A DNA stretch of 64,000 nucleotides from NCBI GenBank assembly GCA_965112735.1, contig OZ218953.1:2852001-2916000 (forward strand), given 5' to 3'. Shown here in pieces: positions 48,734 through 61,500 of the stretch (position 1 is its first letter; each line of letters begins with the position of its first letter). The translations under genes were made by a program, and so were the position numbers. The notes beneath the pieces were generated by a model. The model ran no database searches and was not told the DNA's origin. It saw only the letters and a list, made by a program, of their open reading frames with translations. The DNA comes from Phaeosaccion multiseriatum (Eukaryota > Protista > Ochrophyta, other classes).

Positions 48734-50260
48734 TCAAAGCGAGGCAAAGCTCTGCCCGTCCGGACTCCAAACCTCGACCTGCGAAGCAGAGCAGAGCAGC
48801 AGAGCAGAGCAGCAGAGCAGCTTGAGGAAGGAGCATAGAGCACAGAGGAGACAAAGGGCGGCCTTGGCTGGGCTCCCTTGCCTATTGACTCGTCTCACAT
48901 TTTGGCAGCGGAAGAACTCGTTGCTGCTCAGCCGCGAGTTGCCGTAGGTCTCGCTCGCATTGCTCTCTCCTCTGTCCAGCTCGTTGTCCAGCTGAAACGC
49001 GAAACCCGCACCTCCGCCGCCCATTGCGAGGCTGTCTTCGTGCGAGATGCAAAAGTAATCGTTCCTGCCCGTCCACTTGAAGGCCTGGAAGGTAGGGTTG
49101 AAGGCGAACACGAAACTCTCGCCCGTGCCGTAGTAGCTGCATGCACGTGGCGGGTGGGTGGGACAGGGGAGGGGGGATGGCAGTGGAGGGGGGCGGGAGA
49201 GCAGCGCGAGCGGTGCGCACAGAGCGAGGAGCGAGGGGGGTGGAGCAGCTCACTTCAGATGCAGAGGCAGGAGGGGAAAAAAAAGAACATTGCCTTCTGG
49301 CACTGATTCGAATGAACACTTCAGAGAAAGAGTATGAGGACGGATGTGTGGGTGTATGAGAGAGAGAGAGCGAGAGAGACCACAAAAAAGCCCTCTCTCG
49401 AGTCATCATTCGAATTGTTTTCCTTCTGTACCTCCGGCTGTCCTCGAGCTCGTTTGCAATAAAGCCCCCGAACTTTGTTGATTCGTCGCAGTAGTCGGGG
49501 CATGTGCGTTACCGAGTTGTCGTTGAGAAGCACACGGGGACGGGAGGACCGATAGAGAAGCCGCCACAGAGAAGGGACGGGGAGGAGAATAGGGTTGGGG
49601 GAGAACAAGAAGGGAGAGGGGGCAAAGGAGTACGAGAGTGTGATTACGGTGCCCCAGGAAAATGATGGCAGGCATACAGGCAGGTAAGCACATACCTTCC
49701 ACCCCCAGCTGTCCTCGATGACGATGAGCACTCTCTGCGACTTGTCCTTCATGGCGGACATCAGGAGCGTGTTCAGGCTCGCTCCGTCTCGTAGCAGGCT
49801 GAATGACACGGACGGACGGACGGACGGACGCGAGGCAAGGGAGGAGGGCAAGGAGGGGGGGGGGCAGACGTCAACGCAGAGGCAACACGCCTGGACTCGG
49901 AGTCCCGAGCATTCTGAGCCACAGTCCCATGAGCCCCAGAGAGAGATGCTGAGCGTGCCTCGTCCACTTTTCTTGAGACGAAGCAGCGCAGGTGCCGCTG
50001 TAGTTAGTGCCCTCCGTGCTACCCCCGTCCTACCGTTGTACCTGTAGACAAGCTTCCAGGACCCAGAGTTGTCGGCAGGAGACACCGTCGCGCCGAGCTT
50101 GCGGCAATGCATCTCTGGGCAGGGCAGGGTAGGGTAGAGGTATATGGGCAGGGCAGGGAAGGGTAGAGGTTTATGGGCAGGCTGGGGCAGGTGAGGTGGG
50201 GGGGAGGGGCTCTTCCTGCTGTCCTTCCACTACAAGCACAGGACAATACGTCCGAAGGAA

Positions 50261-50298
<38 letters not shown>

Positions 50299-50299
50299 T

Positions 50300-50351
<52 letters not shown>

Positions 50352-50807
50352 CTTGTGCCGCTCGTCGCTGTGGTACGACACTCCAGTCCGGTCACACCAC
50401 AGATAGGTTCCTTGCCCTGCGGCCTGTGCTCCTCCCTACTTCTACTTGTCCCTTCTCCGTATCCTCGTCCTCCTTCGACCGATACCTGTGAGGATCTTCG
50501 AAGGCTCCTCCAGGCACAGCTGTCTACCGCCCCCCCCGGAGAGCCCCCCCCCCTCTGGCCTGCCTCTCCGCTTGGCCCGCTTCTGTGGAGAGGAGAGGAG
50601 GAGGGTAACATCGGCCTCGTCTCCCACCTCTTCGTCCTCCCCGCCCTCCGCCCTCCCCCCCCCGCCACCGCCACCACCGCTCGGGGCAGAGCCCAGGAGG
50701 TCTCCGCTGCTGTCGTCGTCGCTGCTGCTGCTGCTGCCGCTGCTCGTGCCCAGGTCGGAGGAGGGCAACAAGTCGCTGTAGTTGCCCGCAGAGGAGGCGT
50801 CTTGGTG
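48734..50807 (-). CDS. TLDc (OXR1/TLD) domain exons, probably the 3' part of the GltS-like gene upstream
   Basis: Spliced sequence WKLVYS|LLRDGASLNTLL...LIVIEDSWGWK|FGGF...S|YYGTGESFVF...FKWTGRNDYF...SLAMGGG..FAFQLDNELDRGESNASETYGN..LS...F...N|VEVW is a canonical TLDc domain. Confidence 0.9.
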
Positions 50808-51158
50808 CTGTGAAAGTAGGCAAGATGTGTGGGATACGTATAGATACGTATGGATCATGTACGAGCAGCACGTGTTGAGGGAGTGGGTGTAAGATGAGAG
50901 CCTTTAGGGGGATGAGAGGGGGGCACCAACATCTGCACCAGTCACAGATTCGGCATGGGCGTCAATTGTGTACGTAAACTTCCGTGCGTGTGCGTGTGTG
51001 TGTGTGGGTGCGTGAGTGTGAGTGCTTGCGGGTGTGTCTGGGTGTGTGGGTGTGTGTGCGTATCGAATTCCCGCGAGAACTGAAGTCCTCCACGCAAACA
51101 ACACCCTCCAACCCCCTTCTCATACTTTTGTAGCAAAACACAATTTTGTGTCGTTGTC

Positions 51159-54100
51159 TCATCTTACCTGCGAGGGCACCCGGTGCTTGATGAAACGGTT
51201 ATACACCTGCATCCACAGCACGGCGGCGCACACGCAGAAAGCGAGCGTCCAGTGTAGACCGATGGTGTCGATGAGACCAATCACCAGGGAGTTCTTGCCC
51301 TCGCTGCCAGGGATGAAGAAGAGCATCTGCCGATACGCATAGGCGAGCGGGATGGGCGTACGCAGCTGTGGGGCGGGGGGAGAGGCGAGCAGGGGAGGGG
51401 AGGGGAGGGGAGGGGGGCAGGGGTGGGGAAGACACAGTAGCGGCGTGCAGGTTGTGTCAGGCTGTCCATTCCAACGAGGCTCGAGACACCCCACATACAA
51501 ACCAATTCACCCGAGCAAGGAGCTGCGTGCCATGCAAATCTTCCCCCAACTCCGCTCCCCCGGGCGGGCCCTCGTCCTGACACTTTGCACGTGACACCTG
51601 CCACCCAACACCTGCTGCCACCTGACACGTGTGATACCTGTGGGTCCATGGCCCTCACGAGCAGCAGCCCCACCCAATTGTCTCTGAGGCAGGCCACGGC
51701 TCCGCTCCACCAGTGGCTGGGGAACATGCGGGGGGCCAGGCACGTGAAGCAATACACATTCCAACAGATCACCGCCGCCACCATCGAGGCGAACGCTGCC
51801 CCGTAACGACCTGTGTCACATGCGTCATATGAACGGAGTGTAACCGTGACCATCATTCATGCCAATAGAGGAGAAGGTCATCAAACAATCAAGTGCCGGA
51901 GGGGGGTCAGAACCACACCATCTGGTGCACGGAGGAGTGGACGTGGCAGGGCCAGATAACGCTGATCTCATTTGACGAGCGCCCCCACCCGACCCTCCCT
52001 CTCGCTACACACCATCCACTACCATCTCGCCCTCTCGTCGCCCTTTCTCTTGCCCTCTTCGCCCACTCGCTCTCCTTCTCGTTCTTACCAGGAATAGTGT
52101 TTCTGAATCTCACATCAGATATGGCGGCGCAGGCCATGAGGTCGAGGCACAGGCCGCTTAGGCGGAAGAACCAGTCCGAGTGGTACGACACCGAAGTGGT
52201 GCGGCGGAGCAGGCAGATGATGAACATTGACGTGCACATGGAGATTTTGAATAACCGGAACCCGCTGGGAGAGCGGAGGGAGGGTGGGGACGGGGGTTCG
52301 GGGTGAGAAGGGAGGGGTGAAGGAAGGGAGCGAAAGAAAGCTACAAGAGGAGGGGTAGAAGGGAGGAAGAGAGAGGCGGAGGAGGGGCGTTCCACTATTC
52401 ATTTCCTGACACCAGTTACTTACCTAATAATGTGGTGCTTGGACGTGAACTTGACCTCCTCCTCCCCCCCCCGGATGCCCACGTCCACCAGCAACGCAAG
52501 GAGAATCGCCACCGCCATCAAGCTAGCACCATCAGTATCGTCATCCATCATCATCATCATCATCATCATCACCATAATCATCATCATCATGTCGAAGTAG
52601 CCCAGCCCGCACGTCCAACAGAGAGAGAGGAGCACGAGAGGAGAGTAAGAAGCCTACTTGTACAGGCAGCCTCGCAAAACTTCCAAAGCCAATGCCCTCT
52701 TCTAAGTCAACAAGCCGCACCTGATGTGAGAACCCATGCCCGCTACCGTCTTCTCGGGGACGGCAGTCATCCCTCCAATGCCTCCTCCCCCTCCTCCGGG
52801 CTGCTGGTCCGATTGTAACTGCCGCCCCGCCCCCGCCTCCCTTCCCTTTCCACCAAGCAGCTCGATCAGGTCGTCATCAGCACCCCCCCCCCCGCCAGTG
52901 GCGCTGCTGCCGCCCTCGCCCCTCTGCCCCGTTGCTGTGCCCCCCCCCGCCCCTGCCCCTTTGCCCTGCTGATGCAGCTGCTGCAGGCTCTGCCCCGCCT
53001 TGCCCTTCGCCTGCAAGTCCTGCATCTGGATGGCACTCTGTGGCTGGGCCCTCCGCCCCTGAAAGTGCTCCTCGCTGCCGGCCTTGCCCTTGCGCCCCCC
53101 GCCATGCCTACTGCTTATCCTCCCCCAGAGACCAGAGGACCTTTCCACTCTCGCCCCTGACATTGCCCCTACGTTGGCAGCGTCTCCACCACCCCCCCCT
53201 CCCCTCCCTTTCCCCTCGCCCTCCGACATGCTGCTCTTCCTGGCTACCGCAGCGCCCCCCTCCTTCCACCGCCTGTATGACATTAGGCCGATGCCTAACA
53301 AGTGAATGGACAGAAGTGGTATGTGAGTTTGTTGTTTTGGAAAGAGATGGGCGCAGTTGAGAGGGAGAGGGAGAGGCAATGAGCGGGAACTGTGGGTCTG
53401 TGCGTGCGCGCGTGTGAAGGGTCTTGATGGCAGAGGAGCGAGGCAGTGAGCAGTTTCGGCAGTTACGTGCGTGGGGGGGGGGGGTGGCGAAGGGGAGTCC
53501 CTGCAGACTGTATTCGAGTGAAATGCCAAGCGACAAGAGAGCAGCTGACTCTCCTCCTTCCCTCCTCTCGAGCCCTCCCTCTCCCCCTCTTCCCTCCCTC
53601 ACTCACTCACTGGTCCACCCGCCCACACACTCTTATCACTTACCCATTCACCCGCCCGTCCACCACTCACTCACCCACTCATTCACCCTTCCACCCACTC
53701 ACTCGCCCATTCGCCCATTCACTCTCCTTACGCACTCACTTACCCAACACCCAAGCCCCCACCCACCCACCCAAGTCCCTAACTCCCTCACCGGCGGCGA
53801 TGGAGACGATCGTCCCCACGGAGTCCGCAAGGCGAATGACGTCATGTGCCCACTCCCCCACACCGCGCGCGCTCGTATAGCTGCAAGAGACCCGAAGGGT
53901 AATGGGGGAGGGGGGAAGAGAGGACTGTTACAGAAAATTCCTCGACCCTCTCTTTCTGTGTGTGTGTATCTCAGCCACTCAGAGGGCCTACGGGGCGCAC
54001 CTCACGCGGTCCCTCCCCGTCTCGAGGCCCAGCGTGACGAGCGGGGCCAGCAGGGGGCTGACGTCGTCGTTCCAGTTGCGGAAGATAGAACCCACGAACA

Positions 54101-54367
54101 GCGCTGCTGCGGTTTGGCCCCACATGAGCACCTGCCGCAGCAGCAGCAGTTGGTGATACAGCGGAGCAGCAGCAAGCAGTGGTGAGGATTTGTTGCGATG
54201 ATGATTAACAGCGTGCCCACCCCTCCTTTACCCAAGAGCCAGTGGTCGCAGTACCTGCCGTGCTGGCCCCACTACTCTCACCTGGGAGTACACCAGCAGC
54301 GGAAGCGCCTCGTGGAAGATGCTGCAGAAGAAGCAGTGGGGAGGGGAGGCGCGAGGGGGCGCGGACA

Positions 54368-54424
<57 letters not shown>

Positions 54425-55082
54425 GAGAGGTGCGAGGCGGCAGGAGAAACAGTGTGTTAGCACGGGATCAGTCACAAAGAACGCATGGGATCATGGAAAA
54501 CATTATTCTCCTACGCAAAGCCGTTCTTACTTGTAACATATGGCTCGGGTGTGGGGGACGTTCTTTTCTGCAGCAGCAAAGCCTAGGATGAGCCCGGCGT
54601 AGGCAAAGCTGTGAGGAGGAGAAGAACAAGAAGAAGAAGACGACGAAGAAGAAGAGGCAGACAGATGATACATAGGGCATAATAGTTTTGTTGCATAGAG
54701 GGAGGTTTAGACGTTGATGAGTGAAAATTTTCCTTTGCTGTTAGATCTCCACCTCTCGCAGGCCTCACCTGATGAGGTTAGCCTTTATTTCGTAAATGCT
54801 GCCCTCTACTGCTTTATCCATCTCACGGCCTGGGAAAGCAGGAGGGACAGAGAGCGAGGAAGGCGATAATCAATCAATTGGGGTTGTTCTCACCCAACCC
54901 CCTGTGAGAATGACTGACTCTCAACACTCACTTAAGGCTGGAGTGACCACCGCAAGGATAAGAGCACCAAGGACGCCTGCGAGAACGGCAGGCGGCATGG
55001 TGATGTGCAGGCGGGAGGGGATGAAGGTCGCCAGGTGCTTGGACACGCCCAGCAGGAGACACAGAAAGCCGAGCAGGGCCAT
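51159..55082 (-). CDS. Sodium/glutamate symporter (GltS/ESS family)-like multi-pass membrane protein, divergent; probably continues by splicing into the TLDc exons
   Basis: Phase-consistent exons give LLLGVSKHLATFIP...MPPAVLAGVLG, NLISFAYAGLILG, YSQVLMWGQ, LSGLCLDLMACAAISD, LAPRMFPSHWW, GLLLVRAMDP and AYAYRQMLF, the motif order of bacterial-type GltS proteins. Confidence 0.72.
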
Positions 55083-55588
55083 CGAGTAGTAGTGCCTTCA
55101 TCAAAAAGAGGTAGAACCGAGGGGGGGAAAGTGGTGGGAAGTGAGATCAACGGCACCGAGAAGACGGAACGAAAAAAGCGACAAGAGCCGAGAGAGTACA
55201 AGAAACACCACCCATAGAAACACCACCTCTCTCGCTCAGCGACCCCTACTTACGATGCCCATTCTTCCAAGGTCTCTCTATCCTCGCTTCTCTCTATACC
55301 TGACCCCATTGAGTACACCTCTCCTCCCGAAAAGGAGGAAAATCAGACCCGCTCCCGTCGCCGTCTGGTGCCATCTTGCTGCCTCTTCACACAGCCACGT
55401 CAAGTGCAAGGGATGCAGTTGTGAAAGACTTGTAGGGATAAAGTGACTCGCGAGGGATATACGGTTCATGAGATGACAGGGCCGTACAAACCCCCGGGTA
55501 GGGAGAGAGAACTCTAATTATTTGAAGGGGGTACAACCCTGTATAAAGGGGTGGGAGCTTGAGGTGGGCGGCTCCCGCAGGGGAAGCC

Positions 55589-58500
55589 ATGGCTCGACGA
55601 CCTGATCTACGGATCGAGGTAGAAGGAGAGGGGGCGGGGTGGGGTGGGCCCCCGGTAGCAGCTCAGGATTACGAGGCGATAGCGGCGGAGAGCGCGGCTG
55701 GTATTTGGGATTCGGACCACAGTGCGGCGGCTGGGGGTGCCGCTCCTTTCGCCTCTGGCCCCTTTCCCGTGAGCTCGAGTCGCCCCTCTCCTGCAGGGAG
55801 TGTGGCTGGTGCAGGAGAGCGGGGTTCTGGTTGGGCTTTGAACCCGGACTGGGAGGTGGAGGACGACGGCCGGAATAGCAGGCATCAGAGCTGTGATGGC
55901 TACGTTGGGTCGGAGTATGCTTCAGTCGGTCATCACATCGACCAGAGCCTCAGAACTTTCAATAAGGGCCGCGGTTGGCTAGACCAGAGCAGTCCTATAG
56001 ACCCTGCGGTCCAGGACTTGCCCTTCCCCTTTCCGTATGAGTTGCAGCTGCAGCAGCAACACCAGGAACTGCAACTGCAGCAGCAGCAGCAGCAGCAGCA
56101 ACACCAGGCACCGCAGGCATGGATGCCGTCGGTAATTGAGGAGAACTACAACGGTACGAGCTTGCCAGCTTTTCTTGCATTTCCTTTCAAACGTCCTCAC
56201 ATCTTTCATGCCTCCCTCCCTCCTCCTTATACTGTGTGCCTCACTCCGAAGGTTGGAAAGCCACGACCTTGGCTTCCTTTCTGCCCGACTTTGTGCTCGA
56301 CTTGATGCTGCGCAGCGGCCACGAAGAGCCCCAACGTCACCACCACCACCACCACCACCATCACCATCATCATCACCACCACCACGGCCGCGGTCACGTC
56401 CCACAGAAGGAGGTGGGCTACCAGAAGCCGCAGATCAGCCACATCACCGGAGCAGTCGCCATGATTGACCTGTGCGGCTTTACCAGACTCACGGAGCGCC
56501 TCCCTCAGATGTTCTCCGCGACTCGAGGAGAAGGTGAAGGCGGCGGCGACGGTGGTGGAGGAGGAGAAGGAGGAGGAGGGGGAGGAGGGGAGGGGGGCGC
56601 GGGAGGGGAAGGGGGTGGTGTGGGCGTGTACTACAACGCGGATAATGATGTCTGTAGCATCGAGTCCATTGTCTCCACGTCCTTTGGTCACTTGGGACGG
56701 CATGGCTCGGGGGGCGCTGAAGGGGCAGCAGCCGCCGCCGCAATCCGCAGAGACAGTGTTACGAGTCCGGTGCCGGAGGAGCTGCCTCGGGAACAGACAG
56801 CAGCAGAAGCAGCAGCAGCAGCAGCAGCAGTAGAGGTGGCGAGGGAGGAAGATGCGGCAGATGCGGCATTTCGCACCGTAGATGCCGCGGAGGTGAAGAG
56901 GGGTTGGAGGGCGTGTTTGAGCTTCAGCATCGACCAGGAGCGTCAGAAGGAAGAAGGAGGAGCTCCTACGGAGCTGATGAGGCCTGAGGATGCGATGAAG
57001 CAGCACGCCCCTTCCAGTAGCACGCCCCTCGGGGGAATTGGCGCTCTCCTCGCAGCTCCGCAGGTAGTGACCCCTACGACCGACGACGGCGAAGACACCG
57101 GTGATGACGACGGTGTTGGTGCTGCTCCTGCAGCAGCTGTACCACCCACTGCGGTTGTGCCACCAACTTCTGCTGCTACCACCGCCGTTGCGCCGTTTTC
57201 CCTGCCCAAGGAGGTGCTGGAGGCCCGGCAGGCGGAGATGTGCGTGCGTGCAGGCACAGAGCTGCTCAGTGACATTGTGGCGGACCTGTTCGAGCAGCTC
57301 ATCGGCTTCATCGTCGAGGCAGGAGGGGACGTGGTGAGACTCGTAGGGGACGCCATCATCGTGCTCTTTCGGCCTCCGGGGCACACCCTGTCGGGGCGGA
57401 GTGTGTCGAGCCCCAACGGGACGCCCCGCAGCCGCCAGCAGCAGCAGCAACAGCAGCACCGGCCCACACATCTGAGCTATGAGTACAGCCTGGCCTACGG
57501 GCAGCACGGGGGCATGGCCTATCGCGGGGCGGGAGCTGGCGACACACCGGATTACAATGCTCCCATGCTCACTGAGGTAGTGATGTGGGAGGGGGGGGGC
57601 GATGGGGAGGATAGGGCAGAGGGCAGCGAGGTTGGGTCTTACGGCCTGCCGGTCGCGTCATGCCACTCATACAGCGTGCCTCTCTGTCCTCTCGTGTCTG
57701 GTGTCGCGTCTCGATGTCTTCTCCTTGTCAGTAAGGGTACTTGCTCCAGCTTGTCCAACAAATCCCCCCTTCCCTTGGCTTTCGTCTCTCGCTCACATTC
57801 TTTCCACAACCTCATCTTGCGGCCTCATCAGGGCGAAGAGGCAGTCACCACTACCACTGCCGCCGCCGCAGCAGCAGGAGCAGCAGCAGCAGCAGGAGGA
57901 GGAGGAGGAGGAGGAGGAACACCGCAAGGCGAGGAGGGGGCGGCGCGGGTACACAGGGACGACCTCGCAGCGGCCAAGCAAGAGAGAGAAGACCTCGCTG
58001 CAGCCACAACGCGGGCCTTGGTGGCGGCCTTCAACTGCATCTTCGCCCTCAACGGGGCCGTTCTGCACGGAGAGAAGGCGAGTGTATCGTGTATGTTGCT
58101 GGCTTGCCGTGTGCTGCCATCCATTGAAACGCCGGAACAAAGCTCTCCTCCTCTTGCTCACCTACTGCCCTTGTTGAACCTGCTGGCCTAGCTTTCTAAT
58201 ACGTTTGAGCGCCTACTTCCATTGCCACCCCCCCTCCCCCCCCAATCACGCCCATCCTCCTCCTCCACCTCCTCCACCCCAACGAACAGGTGATGCTCCG
58301 GGTCGGTATTGCGTCAGGGAAGCTGGATGCACTCGTCGTGGGCTCCGTAGCCACGGGATGGCAGCACGTGGTCACTGGTAAGCCCCTCTCGCAACTGTCC
58401 TACCTGATGGATGCGGGACAGGCGGGCGACGTGATGGTGACGGGAGAGTGCTGGGAAGCGGCAAGAAGGCATGCAGGGGCTTTGGGCATGCATGCGGCTC

Positions 58501-61500
58501 GGGAGGGCAGGGGGCAACAGCTGCTAGGGAGCCAGTTCTCGGGAGTGGGAATGTCACCAGCGGAGGCTTTTGACGCTGATGAGGAGGAGGAGGAGGAAGA
58601 GGAGGAGGAGGAGGAGGAGGAGGAGGAGGAGGAGGAGGAGGAGGAGGAGGAGGAGGAGGGGAGTAAGGAGGGGGATGGTGAGGATGGTGCTGCCGCGGTT
58701 TCTTCTTCTCCCTCCAAGACGAAGACGCGGGCGGCGAAGGACACGGTAGTGATGCACGTGAAGTGGAGCGAGTGTCCGAGGAAGAGGTCGCCGCAGAAGG
58801 GGCAGAAAGCAGCAGCAGAGGCTGGAGGAGGAGATGAGACGCAGGAGGAGCGGGAGGAGCGAACGAGAGAAGAGACGATTGTGGAGCAGGCGCATGGGAT
58901 GGTGGGAGCGGGGGGGACGAAGCGGCGAGAGGTGCGTGTGTGCGTGCGTGTGTGCGTGCGTGTGTGCGTGGGTGGGTGTGCGTGTGGGGGGGGGAGGGAG
59001 GGAGGGCGGGGAGAGGGGAGGGCAGTCCACGAAGTGACACGAGGGATGGTGCAGGCACGTATGTATCAGTGCAGAGAGCTTTTTTGCATGCTTCGATTAG
59101 GCGGATAGGGAAGGAAGGGCCCTGAAAGAAGAAGCCTTCTCACCGCCCCACCATGCCCTGCCCTGTCCTGCCCTGTCCTGTCCCTTCCCCCCCCACAACA
59201 CACTCATCGGGCACCGTCCCCACATACACTTAACACACCCACACCGACCATCCACACACCCGCACCGATACGCCCACACCCACATGCCCACACCCACTCC
59301 AACCACCAACCCCGACAGGATTTCCTGACCAAGTTGCGTAGCTTGGAGCAGCTGCGACCGCACGTGCCCACCTGTGTGTTGTACTCGTGCGAGGCGGAGG
59401 GCTGTGGCTGGTTCGCTTCCTTGCAGCGCCTCACCATGGTCTTCGCCAAGATCGGGGGGGAGGAGATCGGCCTCGGCCTGCAGGAGGTGCAGAAGGTCTT
59501 TCTCGCCCTCCAGAGGGCCTCAGATAGGTGAGAGAAGAGAGAGGCAGGGAGAGGCAGGGAGGGGCAGGGAGGGGCAGGGAGGGGCAGGGAGGGGCAGGGA
59601 GGGGCAGGGAGGGGCAGGGAGGGGCAGGGAAGGGCAGGGAGGGGCAGGGAGGGGCAGGGAGGGGCAGGGAGGGGCAGGGAGGGGCAGGGAAGGGCAGGGA
59701 GGGGCAGGGAGGGGAGAGCGAGGAGAGACGGGGGAGAGAGAGGCGGGTGCACGAGCTGTGCAGGGCTAGGGGCAGCTGGATGGTGGCAGTTCAGTTCAGG
59801 CTAATTTGCTCTTCATACACGCTTTCTCTCTCTCTCTTGTCATCCTATTCGCCCCTTGTGTGCTGCTGCTACACCTGTGTGCACCTGTGTGCAGGTACCA
59901 GGGGGTGGTGAAGGAGCTCACCGTGGACGACAAGGGGCTGGTGTTTGTCGCCGCCTTCGGCCTGCCTCCCAGCGTAGGGGAAGGCTGGCCAGAAAGGGTG
60001 AGTAAGTTTGTGCCTGCGTATGCGTGCGTGCGAGACAAGAGACCAGCAGAAGGGCCGGGTAGGGGGGAAGATTCCCCCCCCCCCCCGGAAATGCCCGGCG
60101 CTGCCGCGCTCTTATCCGGTCCTACCTTACCCTACCCTACTGTTCGCTATCCTACCCTCACGACCCTTTGCCTGGGTGTGTGCTTGCTGTCCCGTCAAAC
60201 CTGTGCCGTTACGCTGTAACTGTTACACTGTACACAGGCGTGCTTGGCAGCGATGGGCATGGAGGAGGCGATGCGTGCCGAGGGACTTCCTGTCAGCATT
60301 GGCGTGTGCACAGGGATGGTGTACACGGCCTCTGTGGGGGTGCTGCGCAGAGAGCTGGCGCTTCTGGGCGATGCTGTCAACACCGCGGCCCGGCTCATGG
60401 GGAGGAAGTGGGTATCGAGAAAATGGGTACCCGGTAGTCGCCAGGCCACCACCGTCAGCACTGGTGTCAAGGCAGGAGGTGCCAGTGGGAGTGATGGGAG
60501 TGGTGTAGCGGCAGCGGCCGCCTCCACAGGATCGGGCGGCTGGAGCTCTAGGCAGGTGGATATGCAGGCACCAGCCGTGCTCGTGGACCCACTGACGATG
60601 AAGCAGGCAGCAGATGGCATCGGGTTCGAGGTGTATGCCGAGGTGCTCCTCAAGGGAAAGACGAAGGCTCTGCAGGCGTACGGCTTGACGGGAAGGCTCC
60701 CCTTCAACATGAGGAGGAAGGGCAGCAGGTCTAGCCTAGGCTCGAGTGGTGGCTCTGGGCCAACGAGTAGCAGCGTCGCACCACTGGACGCCTCCTCGAA
60801 GACCACAGCAGAAGGGCTAAGGGTAGGGGCATTAAGGGCGGGAGGGGTAGCAGCCAGCAGGAAGGTGCCGCCGCTGCCCCGCCTCTCCGCCTCGGCCAAA
60901 GGAAGTAGTGGAGATGGGGATGGAGATGGACAAGGCAAGCCTGCCAAGCGGGCCAAGCCACGGGGACGGGCTGTGCTGGTCGCGTCGGAGGCAGGAACAG
61001 GCCTGTCCAGGTCCTCGTCAGAGCCCAGTTCGCTCAATATGAAGGCCGCGAGGAGCAAGCGGCAGTTACGGCAGCAGCAGGAGAAGCTTCGGAGGGCGGA
61101 GAGGGACTTTGGAGTGACTGTCGAGTACGACCAGGGGAATGGGCACGGGCATCGGCATGCGCGCCATCATTACAAGCATCGGGCATCGTCACGACAAGGA
61201 GGAGGGCGCCAACGGCGAGACACCGATGGCGACTACCAAGATGGCGCCGCGTTAAGTATGTTACGTAAGTTCGGGACGGGCGATGGCGGTGGGGACCTCA
61301 CTGGGAGCCGCGGTTACTCGAGCAGCAGCAGCAGTGAGAGCGACAGTTGGAGGAGGAGGAGGAGGAGGAGCAGCAGCAGCAGCAGTAGTAGTAGCAGCAG
61401 TAGTAGCAGTAGCAAAGGCAGCAACATGAAAGGCAGCAGGAGAGACAGGTGTAGCAGCGCGTCCAGCAGGAGTGCGAGCAGCAGTAGTGGTACACTAGCT

